Source: Nemertoderma westbladi (taxonomy: Eukaryota; Animalia; Xenacoelomorpha). Taken from it: a stretch of 64,000 nucleotides of DNA. Of the stretch, positions 25,346-38,931 are shown piece after piece (position 1 is the stretch's first letter; the number at the start of each line of letters is the position of its first letter). The notes below the pieces were generated by a model. That model ran no database searches. It had not been told where the DNA came from and saw only the letters and a list, made by a program, of their open reading frames with translations. Made by a program: the position numbers and the translations under genes. Location of the stretch: NCBI GenBank assembly GCA_032718475.1, contig JAUCBJ010001071.1:107494-171493 (forward strand), read 5' to 3'.

Positions 25346-25728
25346 AAATGAACCAGGCTTATAAATCCTGCCATTGAGTTCTACCAAAGGCGCTGCACTT
25401 CAAAGTCTAGATTCCCACTGAGCCGTGTGTCAATCAAGCAGCCCTCTCTCTCTCTCTCGCTCTCCCTGTGCGTGTAATGCTCCATGTGCTCTGTAGGATG
25501 TCTGCAGAGCACACAGGACACCACGTCCATATCATACCATAGGTTTGTAAGCTATAGCCGTTATTTAAACCAGTTAAAGCCTAGGTTATAATAATTTACA
25601 GCGATTATCAGAAAATAACAGCCGCAATTGAATCTCCACTTGGCGGTGTGGTGGTAATGAAAGCAAGGGCGGGTAGGGGCTGTGTGGAGTTTAATTCTGA
25701 GTTACGCAATGTGTTGGGTGGATGGCTA

Positions 25729-26982
25729 CAGTCCCTATCTCATTCTAGATACTGTTTCTCAAACTGGGTACCTTTTCTCTTACCTCACTCTTACTAACTC
25801 AAACCTGTCTGGTTTACTCAAATCCAACTCAAACTCGCGTAACCACCCACTGTGCACTGTGTAGCATTCATACAACAAGCTGTCTGTGTTTAATGGCCCA
25901 CTCGCTTCTGTTATACTCTGCCTACGGGTACTTTATGGTCTCCTGCTGTTATAACATTCCCTAAACTTGATTTGTTTGTGTGTAATTAACTCCAGTAGAC
26001 AGTGAGAATTAAGTTGCAGACTCAGTGACTCAATTTATTTTTAAATTTCAGAATAAAAAAATTATATGCTAAAAAATTATTAAACTGAAGAATTATTAAT
26101 TTTTATTACATTTATTAAGTATGTATGACTCATAACATATTAACGTTATTTTACATTAAAATATAACCATATAATATAACCAACCAATTTAATAAATTTA
26201 TTTTAATGTCGCGTATGTTTCGCTAATGTTTCTAATGTTTAACTTTAATGTTTTACTAATGATTAATTCTCTATTACATCGTCAACACAATTATTCGCAA
26301 TACATCCGGGTGTGGGTATACGGGGCAAAGGGGCCAGAGGAAACCTCTGTAATTATAGACAGGGCCATATTTATGGGAGGAGGGGGGGGGGGGGGGGTGT
26401 TGCGAGGTCCCATATGCACTAATAATTCTTAATTAACCATTAGATTGTTAAACTGATATGTCTTGTAAGGCACCAATTGACATCAAACAGACAGACAACA
26501 GAACACCAATTTCCCACAACAATATTCCCAGAATTAAAACTTTCTCTACAAACAGACCGAGCCAGTGTGGTTTAGTTAACAACATACATTTAGTAAAGCC
26601 CACAAAGGAACTGCTTGATTGACATGTCTTTTATGAGGCACAGGCAAGCCGGCCTGCCCAGCTTATGTAATTCAACCCATTAACTCAAGAGCCCAAGCAA
26701 CAGACAGAGGCCCCTTCCCCATGTGGTGCCTCACTCAACCAGAGTAATTATCCATCCCGTACAGGAAGAGTAATGCTGAGTATGACACAGTTGGAAGTCA
26801 ACCTAACTCAAACCAAGGCGCCAGACTCTAGTTTGAGTTAGATTGAGCTGGCTGCATCTTTCTGATTTCTCAACTCTTACCCCAGTCTTACCTACTGAAA
26901 TTCTCCGTTGACTATCATTAGTAAAAGGTTTGAGAAATGATACCCAGTTTGAGAAATAATATTCAGAATGAGATAGGGACTG
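25729..26982. mobile_element. Tc1/mariner-type MITE
   Basis: ~42-bp TIR CAGTCCCTATCTCATTCT..TTTCTCAAACTGGGTA and its reverse complement; TA on both sides (25727-28, 26983-84). Confidence 0.85.
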
Positions 26983-28235
26983 TACAATACATTATAATGG
27001 GGGGGGGGGGGGGGGGGGGGCAACTAGCGTACCGAGCGAGGGGGAGGCCTTGAGAAAGCATACTAAAAAACCCTTTCCAGTTGAAATGAGAAAACAAATA
27101 ATATATATATAAAGATCCACATTCCAAATTTTCTGAAACAAAAGCGGTCTCAGTGGTATTTGCTGTATATTATTAGTTTGGGGTGCCGACAGCGACAGAC
27201 CACTAACAAAGTAAAGGCATAGCATGTGTAATGGCTCTTAGCTTATGCCGCCCCAGCATGTTAAACAAATTATCTGCTGTGGAATGGAATTCTCCGAAAT
27301 TTCGAAATTTACAAAAGGCTTCCCAATAAATTAGACAGCCAACTAACCCATACACAGGAGGCCGCGAACCAAAGAGATTGGCCTCCTGAGCAAGGAACTA
27401 TGCAGGTAGTAATGTGTACTGAACTAATTTATTACACTAAACTTTCTTACTAAAATTTCAACATGGAGGACTTTTCTGTTTGTCCAAAAACAATTAAACA
27501 GACGTTGTATTTGTCTCGATATTAATTAAAATTTCTACCTTATCTCGCAAATAGTGGCGCCAGTTGGTTGCAAATAAAAAAGTTCTCCAGCCCAAATCGA
27601 TGAAATCTACTTTGGTTTATTGTTTTGGTTAGAAAACACAACCCCTTTAACCTGCTCCTTTCGATGTTTTACATTAAATTTTTGAAACTAATTGTAGCTG
27701 TACCAGTAATGAGCCTGTTCTCAGATACACTTGCGGTGACAGCACGGTGAAATCGCACTGTGAATCACAGCATTTGGGTTGTGGTTACAGAGATGCGAGT
27801 GAAGCAGTTACAGTCAACTGTATGTTCGGTTGGGTGATGCGTGATGACTTAGCCCGCGGGAATCTTAGCCCGCAAAATGGGAATCGTTTACCCGCAAGCT
27901 TGCTCTCTTAGCCAGTGGGCAGGGCATCCTTAGCCCGAAAATAAATTGTATTAGCCCGCGGGAATTGATACTGGACGATTAAATTGACAGACTGGCTTTC
28001 TAGTGAATAATTTCTAATGAAAATAATTTAATAATATTCCAGAGGCAGTATTTTAGAACGTAGCCCGGAGTTGTTAGTGGGGCCTATTACAAGACTCAGT
28101 CTGGTACTGGTACACGTACACTACCACAACACTGTGTTGTCAATCTAATAATGATTATAATAATTCACAGCCACAATTGAATCTCCACTTGGCGATGTGG
28201 CGTAATGAAAGCAATGGCAGGTATGGCCTGTATGG

Positions 28236-28883
28236 TGGCCCATTAGAGCCACTACATTTTATTTATTAATTTTATCGTTTTTTAAAAATTTAATGTTAAT
28301 TTTTAAATCAAGTACAATTAAAAAAACATTAAATTTACTTTCACTTTCGTTTCCAATTAGTTTTACTTTAACTTTCGTTTATTTTTAGTTTTACTTTTAC
28401 TTTCACTTTCGTTTTAATTTTTGTTTTACTTTCACTTTCGTTTTAATTTTAGTTTTACTTTCACTTTCGTTTTAATTTTAGTTTTACATTCACTTTCGTT
28501 TTAATTTTAGTTTTACATTCACTTTCGTTTTAATTTTAGTTTTACATTCACTTTCGATTTCATTTTAGTTTTACTTTAACTTTCGTTTTAATTTTAGTTT
28601 TACATTCACTTTCGTTTTAATTTTAGTTTTACATTCACTTTCGATTTAATTTTAGTTTTACTTTCACTTTCGTTTTAATTTTAGTTTTACATTCACTTTC
28701 GTTTTAATTTTAGTTTTACATTCACTTTCGATTTCATTTTAGTTTTACTTTAACTTTCGTTTTCATTTCATTTTCGATTTTTGCACACGGCCCATTACAG
28801 TCACCCTATTAGCCAAGGACTACGGCGGCCACCTTTTACCCTTACAATCAATTGCAGGCTGTGGCTGTGGCTCCAATGGGCCA
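28236..28883. mobile_element. MITE with internal 29-bp tandem array
   Basis: TIR TGGCCCATTRGAGCCAC / GTGGCTCCAATGGGCCA; array TTCGTTTTAATTTTAGTTTTACATTCACT at 28330-28780; TSD unclear. Confidence 0.7.
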
Positions 28884-28945
28884 TGCAAGGCAGCCCAGTA
28901 CAGCCATCGATTTTCGAAGAGAAACTTAAAACTGATTTTTGCAGG

Positions 28946-29141
28946 TGGCCCATTGGAGCCACAGCCTGCAATTGATTGTAAGGGTAAAAGGTGGCCGCCG
29001 TAGTCCTTGGCTAATAGGGTGACTGTAATGGGCCGTGTGCAAAAATCGAAAATGAAATGAAAACGAAAGTTAAAGTAAAACTAAAATTAAATCGAAAGTG
29101 AATGTAAAACTAAAATTAAAACGAAAGTGAAAGTAAAACTA
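28946..29141. mobile_element. Truncated inverted second copy of the same MITE
   Basis: Near-perfect reverse complement of 28682-28883. Confidence 0.8.
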
Positions 29142-29635
29142 TAATTAATTTTCAAAAAATAATTTTCACAATATTTTTTTTTCACAATTTTATTTATTGA
29201 TTTTAAACACGTTTTAGAACGATTACATGCGTTTTAAATAGAATCCAGCATTTTTCTAAAAAATGTTCTAGAACAAAAAATATTTGTTCTAGAACATAAT
29301 TTTTTTTAAAAATGAATAGCTAACATCTTCTGGAACATTTTCTATATAAATAGTTATGTTATAAATATATATAAAAATGGTTATACATACCATAGTAATG
29401 CCTCGGTGATCTTGTTTTGTGTCCACTCTTCTTCAGGAAACTGACATTGAGGCCGATCTTGTCAATTGCGCCTTGGATGTGTTCCAGCATTTCATTCCGG
29501 GTCTTCCTTTCGCTGTTTGGAATGTCATCAGTGTTGAATTGCTCGCCGTCCTCTGCCGTGAGGTGTCTTCGAATGTACAGCTCGGGATTGTCCATCTTGA
29601 ACGCGCCGAGAATTTTCCAGTGGTGATTGGGTATT

Positions 29636-30129
29636 AGTATGTCCTGTGACCCCACTTTTTGAAGAAAAAAAACTAGCTAGTAGATTCAACAAATATTACT
29701 AGCTGTGCATGTATTTTGATGGAGGGATCTATCGTGATGTTCCAGAACTTTATTTTACTGTTACCATGGTTACCGTTTTAGAGAAAATTAGGTTGTAAGT
29801 AATAATGTCGGTTGTGACAAATTTTGCTTAATGAAATCGCTTAATTTTGAGTGTATTTTTAGTATGTCCTGTGACCCCACTATATGAAAAATCTAGTTAG
29901 TAAATCCACCAAATATTACTATCTATGCATAGATTTAGATGGAGGGATCTATTGTGATGTTCCAGAATGTTATTTTACTGTTGCCATGGTTACCGTTTTG
30001 GAGAAAATTGAGTTGTAAGAATGTAGAACTTGAGTGGGGCTATCATCATCACCAACATAGCAGTAGCTAGTATGTCATAAATTACTATCTAGTTTTTTTT
30101 ATCGAAAAGTGGGGTCACAGGACATACTA
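29636..30129. mobile_element. MITE-like element with TAG-starting TIRs and an internal ~225-bp duplication
   Basis: TAGTATGTCCTGTGACCCCACTTTT at 29636, reverse complement ending 30129, direct copy at 29860; no clear TSD. Confidence 0.6.
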
Positions 30130-31299
30130 CTACCGGTGATTGTAGGGAAGTTTTTGGAGAGGCGACGTCGAACAGAACTTTTCTTTCCCGGACACTGAGC
30201 ATTCCTGAACACTGGGAATTTCCTGTTTGAGCATCAGTGGGGGAACCTCGCTGGTTTCAGTTGGGGAAACCCAAACCCTAATGAAAACTCATATAACCCT
30301 AACCCTAAGTCATGGTTCTCATTCCTCAAAATTTGTTTGATTATGGCCTCATATGACTTAGGGTTAGGGTTATATGGCAGTTTTCATTAGGGTTTGGGCC
30401 CTAACCAAAAAACTAAGCCATGTTTCTAACCAAAAAACGTAAAGTAGAGAGTATAATAAACAAAAAACACCAGCTACCATAAAAAAAGGAGCCACCATAC
30501 ATTTTTATTTTTTTGAACACAAATAAAAACAACAATAATAAACAACAATGTTGTTTTCTATAAACAACAATATTCTAGAATTATGATGTTATGAAAATTG
30601 TCTAAATTCATAATTTTAATAAAAATTCTACATTAAAAAATCAATATTTTGATAACCTAAAAAAACACTAGCTAGCTTTAAAAAACACCAGCTAGCTTTA
30701 AAAAACACTAGCTAGCTTTAAAAAAACACTAGCTACCATAAAAAACACAAGCTACCACATAAGCTTGTATCAGCCGACCATATTCTAGAATAACACACCC
30801 ACAAAAAATTTAATAAATAGAGTAATAAAATGTGTCAAAATGGGTTTTTGTGTTTTTCGAAGCACTAGCTACCATAAAAAACACTAGCTACCATAAAAAA
30901 CACTAGCTACCATAAAAAACCTAGCTACCATAGAATGTCATCATCCAGCTAACACAATGAGAAAAAATTGGTCAGAAATAGCTAAAAAATTTCATTAAAA
31001 ATGGGTACACAGGGCATACTAGTACCGACAACTCTTGCTGCACAACAACAATTCTATTAGCAGGAAATGATAAGTGTTAAATAATAGGCATACATTATTG
31101 TTTTCGAGAGAATACAATTCATTTTGAAACTTATTATATGTATTATATAGAAAAGTAGAGGTAGGTAAAACGTAAAACTAATGTTCCAGAATAAATCCAG
31201 CCCACTATTTGGTGAATACGAAATTAGGTGAATATTATAATTTATGATAAATCGTTCTCAAAAGTAGTTGAAATCTTAATGTAGTTTGAAATTTTTTGT

Positions 31300-31609
31300 C
31301 AGTCTGGTAACACCAACTGAAGCAAGTAAGGTTCCTGATTTGATTAAACAGACTATGGATCAGAATAATTTTCATAATGAATTGACCATGAAAAAGAAAA
31401 AAATAAAGTTTAAAGTTGGAGAGCGAGTGAGAATATTCAAGTGGAAATCACATTTTGAAAAAGGTTATACAGCAAAATGGACAAGATAAATTTTCATCAT
31501 AAGAAAAATAAACAATTCTGCACCCCCTACTTATGAATTAGAAGATTTGGAAGGTGAAGAAATCTATGGAAAATTTTACGAACATGAATTACAGCATACT
31601 GATTTTTAA
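31300..31609 (+). pseudogene. Polinton retroviral-like integrase, C-terminal fragment
   Basis: TPTEAS..KFKVGERVRI..FEKGYTAKWTR*IFII..PPTYELEDLEGEEIYGKFYEHELQ, with an in-frame stop at 31487-31489. Confidence 0.88.
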
Positions 31610-31633
31610 ATTTTTTTTAGTTATATATATAAA

Positions 31634-32047
31634 ATGCCTATGATTTATGATTTTGAAAAACATAAGTATAATTTACCTACTAGGGGAAGTGGATATCGGA
31701 ATGAGTTTCATAATGTGTTGCAGAACGAATTTCCGAAGAAATCTGGTGATGGAATTGGTAATATCATTTCTGGAGTAGGTAAAATTGCCAAAGTGGCGAT
31801 GCAAAATAAAGAAGTGTTTTCTGATGCTGCAAAGTCAGCCGGTGCAGTTGCAATTGCTACATCTAAAATTGTTGATGCTGTAAAGGCAGCCAAACGATTC
31901 AATGAATTACGTGAGATACAACGAATTAATGAATTTAGAGAAACAAAAAAGGAAAGTGCGAAAAACAGATTAAGTCCAGAAATTATTACCAAAATAAAAG
32001 AAATACCTACTCGCAATAAATATGGAGATGGATTTGAAAGATTTTAA
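31634..32047 (+). CDS. Polinton small basic protein with GxG motifs (putative virion core or membrane-lytic protein)
   Basis: Intact 137-aa ORF between integrase and capsid; RGSG, SGDG and YGDG motifs; amphipathic IGNIISGVGKIAKVA. Confidence 0.6.
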   Translation: MPMIYDFEKHKYNLPTRGSGYRNEFHNVLQNEFPKKSGDGIGNIISGVGKIAKVAMQNKEVFSDAAKSAGAVAIATSKIVDAVKAAKRFNELREIQRINEFRETKKESAKNRLSPEIITKIKEIPTRNKYGDGFERF

Positions 32048-32071
32048 TAATATTTTCTTATCTATAATAAA

Positions 32072-32584
32072 ATGAGTAGAGTAAATGAAAAAATCTTTCA
32101 ATTGGATGAACCAAACTATGTTAGTTACAATCGTAAAAAACAAGATTTCATAAAAATTGCACCAACTACTGGTACAGCTAATAATCTAAATCAAGGAGGT
32201 AATGTGATATCTTTTGAAGTTAATAACCAGGCTAACTTCTTATATCTTCCTGAATCATTTATTTATTGTGAATTTCAGTTTTCAAATGAAGCAGGAATTG
32301 CATTCCCTGGAAATAATACATTGGAACATAATTGGTTCCCTCGAGTTATTGATGATATGAGACTTGAAATTGGCAGTCAACAATTGGAAATTATAAATGA
32401 ACCTGGAGAATTTGATACAATTTTGAAATTTTTAATAAGAGGTAGAGATTATGCTAATGCAAATATTGAAGGATGGATCCCTGATACTGGAACTGGAAAT
32501 TCAGTTGCTAACATAAATCCTATACCAAATACCTACTGTACAGTTATCCTGACATGGTCAGTACACAACAGCCTACTGTCCTAA
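32072..32584 (+). pseudogene. Polinton major capsid protein (double jelly-roll), N-terminal part, truncated
   Basis: IFQLDEP..IAPTTG..NLNQGGNVISFEVNNQANFLYLPESFIY..N..P.VIDDMRLEIGSQQLEII resembles the Polinton/adintovirus MCP N-terminus; similarity is lost after ~32525. Confidence 0.75.
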
Positions 32585-34296
32585 CCTAACTGTAACTAAA
32601 AAAATTTCATTTATTTAAGAATGTTATAGGGCATAAAGTGATGACAAATGTAATATCTCTAAATATACTTATCATGTAAACCTCACTTATCTTTCAAAAT
32701 ACGCTCTTTTATGTAGTTAAAACAGCTAAGTGATATGAAACACACTTTGTTAACAATTCTGACAAGTTACCATGACATCTATGTAGAAACTGAAACATAT
32801 CGTATATTTTCCCTTACTCGATATAGTGGGGGTGGAGGATGATTTAATGACGCTACGACTAATATAGCCCGTTTCTAGCCAAAGTTACCCGTTGCCATGG
32901 CAACTGCAAGCAAGAAAGTAGTGCATATTGTTCCTTAGACTTGATATATTGGTGGTAGACTCTGATGCTACGACCACTACAAATGCATTACGCCCGTTTA
33001 AAGCCCGTTGCTAAGGATATTGTCAATACTGCTAACTTTGAAGGTCGATTTCACTTGGTTGCTATGGTATTTTCAAAAAAACTAAATATGCCATTAAATT
33101 CTTCATATCGAAAATAGTAATCTTTCCTAAATTGTATCTCGTCATATCTACTATGAGAGCTGTTGCTATGGCAATTTTGTCCGTTACTATGTTTAAGACC
33201 TCCTAAAAAACGAGCGCAACCATTTGGCGAAGTCTACCCAAACTTTTTATAATGTCCCATATCTGTACTAAACATCTATGTAGGGTAGCTCATCTTATTT
33301 ACTCTTCTCTTCTCTTCTATTATTATTCTCTTCATTTATTATCTCTATTTACTCTACACTATTCCCCTGCGATGACTAAAATTTTTAAAATGATAAACCA
33401 CTGGGTGCGGGGTAGTGTACAGTAGTAACAGTGGGTTCATAATAGTATTGGGTTAGTACTGTTTACTGTTCGAGCCAATTGCAGGTTACGTCATTTTGGC
33501 AATAATAATAGAGTACTGTAAGTTCTTCCTGTATTTCTACTATGCCGGTATACGGGGGAAATTTGATTGGCCCCAAAACTTTGGTAGTAACTACCCTCCT
33601 ATTGTGGCCCTATATTAACATACACCTGGTGGCAATAAATAAATATAACAAACCTAGGTAGTATATTAAATCATTATTTATAATATCCGGGTATAACAAT
33701 TTATTCATAATATTAATTTTACATTGTTCTTACAGTATTATGTAGATTACTGTGATACGATGCTACTGTACTGTACAGCATTTTATCGAAAACGTGCTAA
33801 TATCACAAGAAGGAGGAACACTGTTTGAACATTTGAGAATGATGTTACATTGTTACATACTCTTTATTGCTTTACAAGCCTCATTTATTCACAAAATATA
33901 AAAATACCTTCAGAAATTCAAACACAGTGACATTAAACGAACAACTAAAAATAATTACTGAAACGCGGGAAATTTAATTTGTTACATAGGCCTACTATAT
34001 ACTTTATACCAGTTACGGTACAGTTGCGGTACTGCTGTTGCTGTTACCAAACCAAACAAATATACAACCACCTAATCCCACCCATAACTCGACACCAAAA
34101 TTTCAATTTGCAAAGTCAAAAACCATTACTAGGCCTACTGTGGGCATACACGTCTGCACGTGTGATTATACTGCTCTTACATTAACTTGTACACACAGTA
34201 CACGTAGGCCTATTATTAAGTTAAATTAATAATTATTATTATTAATAATAGTAACTACAAAGCTAGTATTTAATTACTTTTCTAACTGCTTCCGTG

Positions 34297-36215
34297 ATGG
34301 CTGATAATTTGACTGTAGTCATAAAATACTGGAACTGTGGGTACGGGCTCAATTGGTCCTCATATATACTAGGCTTAATTAGCAACCCGAAACTGAAAGT
34401 AACCAGCGAAGAAATCTCACCTAACCGTCGATCGGATTTGTGGGGCGCGGCGGTAGGTGTTGACCTAATTGTATGTGTCCTCACACCGGGATTGCTCGAA
34501 CACATTCATAGAAACTGTTGCGTTATACGTGATCGCCCCATCTGCATTGGTGTATTACTTGGGGAAGGCCTAGAGGCTAGTCAGCTGCCTGACTCTCTAA
34601 CTAACAAATGGAGAATCCTAGATGGAACAGCGGCTAGAGCGGTGTCTGAAAGTAACCTTGATGTCAAGTGAGTTGACAAAACTGTTCGATATCAGGTGTT
34701 AAAGTACAGGGTTCGATCCCGGTTCAGTTCTCTTTGTTGTAAAGTTCGTGTACAGCCAGCTTGCTGGGTTTTCTACATAGTTATTATTATAATAATACGG
34801 TCGGTAGGCCTGTAGTGTAGGCCCTTACTAATAAGTGATCCATATCTCCCTTTTCATGTGTAGTCTTACTTCCAGTTTAGGCATATGTAGACTACAATCT
34901 CGTGATGTTATATTTTAAGAAAGAATAAGGCGGCTTTGTACTTTAAGTTAAACTAAAGATAAAATCTACTCTATACGCTTTAAACAGTGTGGGTCCTTTT
35001 TTTTATTGTTGTGCAGGTAAGTCACCGTTTCAGTTACTGTATCATGTAGCCCTTCTGTACATTTTGCGGTTTTTTTTCAGATTGTTGCAAATTGTCAACA
35101 CCAGTCTATCTCAAATAAAAGGTTCTGGAGATATTACACATGACCCGCAACCAATGCCTAACCATTCTTTGGAGTCCATGAAATCTAAAAGGTTCTTCAG
35201 GTCAACTCCAAATTTATTAAATAGCGACGAACCAACGGAGTATGAGCCGATAAGCCCACATAATACCAGTGCAGATACAACGTCCGCTGGGGTCGTGGTT
35301 AAGAAACAGAGTTTTGGGAGACGATTATTTGGAAAACATCGGGAAAGAAAAGGTGGAGATATCAAAGAAAAGAAACCCGAAGAATCATCATCCTCACAAA
35401 AGAAAACCAATAAAATCACTGGTTTATTTCCTCCCAAACATTGCTATACAGTTGGAGATGAGATCGGTATAATGTTTAATTCTGGATTCTTAAAAGATAT
35501 CAAAAAATATCAAGTTAAATTCTCCTCAGCAGCAGGATGTAAAACCATGAAAGGGTCAGTTTATTCGAGCAACCTACTAGGATGTTTTATTCCGAGTCTC
35601 AGAGGACACATCACTCTTGAGGTACGTCAAGGTGCCAACTTTATCGACACCAATGATATATTTGTTCAAACTCTCAACGCCTATTTCGAATCGGTACTCG
35701 ATGGCATCTTACAACCGTGTGACTTTATACTGGAATCTGTTGGGGCAAAAACTTTAGAGGAATTGGATGACTTACTCACCGCTGGATTCGCAAGGGTAAA
35801 GCCCGAATTTAAATTTGACATTTTATTAGAGAATCGACCATCTTATATATCGTACACTCCACTGCACTTTGCAGCCGAATACGGCCTTCTGCAACTTTGC
35901 TCCAGCTTGATGGATTGTCCTGGTTCTAGAAATGCCCTTTATATACAGAACTTGAAGAACATGACGCCTTTGCAGTTGTCTCAGCTAAATGGGCGTGAGG
36001 AAGTGAGCGCTTTACTGAGACAGATGGCCGGGGTTAGAGATAGTGGAGTGGGTAGCTGGGGTGGAAGCAGTTGTGCGTCGGAAAGCCCCGGTGATGATGG
36101 TGGAAATGCCACAGACTTATTGGCAATATATGCCGTGGATAGTGACCAATCAAGCGATCCAGATACTGTAGTTGAAGGTGATGAAGACGAAGGTGATTCA
36201 GTCAGACCCCTATGA
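34297..36215 (+). CDS. BCAP/BANK1/Dof (stumps)-like adaptor with TIR-like, DBB and ankyrin domains; 2 exons (34297-34667, 35081-36215), 501 aa
   Basis: Phase-2 compatible GTGAGT donor and TTTTTCAG acceptor; WSSYI..VCVLTPGLL, FPPK..EIGIMF, LDDLL, TPLHFAAEYGLLQLCSSLMDCPG..TPLQLS..G. Confidence 0.8.
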
Positions 36216-37796
36216 TGTTTTACATCAAGTTGGCTGATTTGGTCCCTTCCTTCAATGGGGATAACTTACTGAGAGCTGATTAGGGAAAGACTAATGGCGT
36301 ACGTGGGCCAAAACTGAGTTATTAATTTTATTTGGTTTATAAATTATTGTGCTATGCTAGTGCTAGATTCTGTCTCAATTAGACAAACTCGTTTATTTTA
36401 TTTATGTTGCTGCGGGGATTAACTAATCCCCTAATTGAATTAGCTATATAATTATAACGTACTGTAGGTCGACTGTATGGTCTAAATGGTTGTCGATGCG
36501 TTAAGTAGCGGATCCAATATGTTTTACTGACCTACGGTAGCAGATGACGAGGGGATTTAGAATCCAAATCCACCTCTTTTTGGTTACGATGCTGGATGGC
36601 TTACGAATTTCAAACCCTAATATTGTGTACAGTATTTGTATTATACTTATGCTACCATTGTAATAATTTGGCGTGTACAGTAGGCAAATTTCCAATTGGG
36701 GTGTCGTTTCAGCCTTCCCATAGGGTTAATGTTAATTTATATTGAAAAATTAGTGCCTAGAACGCTATAGAAGTAAAAATTTTACATCAAACTGTGTTCC
36801 GAAATTTAGTTTATTGTTTTGGTTAGAAAAGCCTGCCATTATGACCTGCTACTTTCATTTTAAAGGTACCGTAAATAGTGAATATCGAAATTAAATATTC
36901 GCGAAATTAAGTTAATATGTTAAAATAGGCTGTGATACTATGTACGACACCCCAATTGGTAATATGCGTAGGCGTAGACCTACAGTTACAGTACAGTAGG
37001 GCTATATTTTAAACGGAATGGTTACTGTAATATTATTGAATTTATAAAATAAATCGATTAAATTGAATTTGAAAATTAAATAAAGTCTCGAGTTATATTA
37101 TTATTCAAAATTTTCTTGTAGATTCTCCCAATAATGTCTGATACTGTACCTGAAATGACTTGAAAAAAGCTTATATTTATGCGATAATTAAGTTACACGC
37201 CGCATTTCGACATGATTTTACATATATTCACTACTTGAGAAATAACATAATCTGAATAACTGCTGGATCATCCAATATGTTTACTGGCCGCATGTTTATA
37301 AAGTCATATTTCTGTTAATTACAGATACTGTAGTTGCAATCACAATGCAACCTTCTTCAGTGAGAAATAGAAGGAAAAAACTGCTGGTTACCATCAAAAT
37401 TAACCCTGTGTAATTGACTTTCTTTATTGTTTTGGTTAGAATAACGTGTGCCACTGTAACCTGCTCTATATGGCATCTGATCTGATTAACAGAAATTCAA
37501 TCAATATTGTGCAGATATTGATTCAATATGCAAACATATTGAATTAATATTCTCAAATATTGAATCAATATTCGCACATATTGCATCAATATGTTGACAT
37601 GCTTAACATTTATGTAGGTATGAATGTAGGTATGAATGTAGGTATGAATGTAGAATATAGAATGCATTTATGTAGATAATCAAATTGGAAATCAGCAATT
37701 ATTTAAGAGGAAGAGGGAGAAATATATTGGCTACTATAGATGTCTCTTTACGCGGACCTAAACATATTATATCAGTATTTAGAGTGTGTGTAATAA

Positions 37797-38678
37797 CTAG
37801 AAAGCCAGCAAGCTGACTTTAAACGAACCTGCCCCTCAAACCAGTACCCTGAGTGAGCGAAAATTAAACCACGAAAATTCATCAACTCAAGGATAGAAAC
37901 ACCAGCTGCTGGTACTCATGAGTAAGCTACTACTACTGTATTGATTGAATGGATAGGCCCAAACTGCACAGAAGTATATTACTTGCTAAATTTATTACTC
38001 TCTCACTCCATCCCAGACAGTAATCAAACGCCAACTGTTAGTTTATATAATGTATTACTCCGCCAGTAGCTCTTCCCAGTGAATTCTATGGGAATATCTA
38101 TTAAGGTTACTTACTCACTGCTATGTTAGGTGGAAGGCCAGCTGAATGGATTGTAAGCACTGTGCCGTTCAAATGTTTTATAGGTTGATGATAATGAATG
38201 GAGAGGGACCCAACTACTTTACACTACGTTATGTCCATGGACGGTCTCCTTATAGCCAGCTTAGGCTGGCTTTTCTAGTTGAATCATATTATTATGCAAC
38301 CAATAATTTTCTCTTTTACACGAATTTGTGCGTTTTTTGACGGACTAACAAATTTTCGCGACGTTCTGTTCGAGATTGGCGATATTTGAAAAGCTTGGTG
38401 AATGAAAAACTTGGTGCATGTACTCGACGAGTTGAAATCGGTAAAATTGGACTTTAAAGTTTCAAAACCGCTATTTTTCAGTGACCCTGTTATCGAAACG
38501 CCACAAAAATATACAGTCTTGTGCGCAACCAAAATTCATGTAGAGTTTGTTATTAAATGTTTTGCGTACCTGCTTGAGTTTTTGAGATATTGGATGGTTA
38601 TACACACACACATCGTGTTTTTGAACGGCTGAACTCTCGACAAGAACTACCCTGGCCTATTAATTGGCAGGTTCGTTA
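37797..38678 (-). mobile_element. Helentron-associated non-autonomous element (HINE/DINE-1-like)
   Basis: Subterminal inverted repeat AACGAACCTGCC/GGCAGGTTCGTT; terminal hairpin AAAGCCAGCAAGCTGACTTT next to CTAG. Confidence 0.65.
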
Positions 38679-38931
38679 TAATCAAGGTGTACTTGGTACT
38701 TGTATCCAGTATAATAAACTGAACCACTAATATCTCCACATAATAAATGCATAATTACAAACACCTCGAAAAATACAGCTTGCCAACACATTGTTACTAT
38801 CAATAATCAAAAAATCAGTGGCTAATAAAATGGCAGCTGGCTTTTGAAATTAATACTCCATATCTCAAGAACCTGTGGCCTAGTGGTTGTAGTCTCGGCT
38901 TCCACCTGGAGGTCCCAGGTTCGAATCCGAC

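Noticed and set aside
23608-25370. hAT-like element enclosing the 83-bp satellite
   Set aside because: Candidate CAG..CTG ends match poorly and no TSD was found
29359-29655. 98-aa minus-strand ORF
   Set aside because: Starts inside a MITE TIR and has no recognisable family; possibly a Polinton accessory fragment but unsupported
30270-30398. Telomere or chromosome-fusion site
   Set aside because: Only 2-3 TTAGGG units, inside a dispersed palindromic repeat
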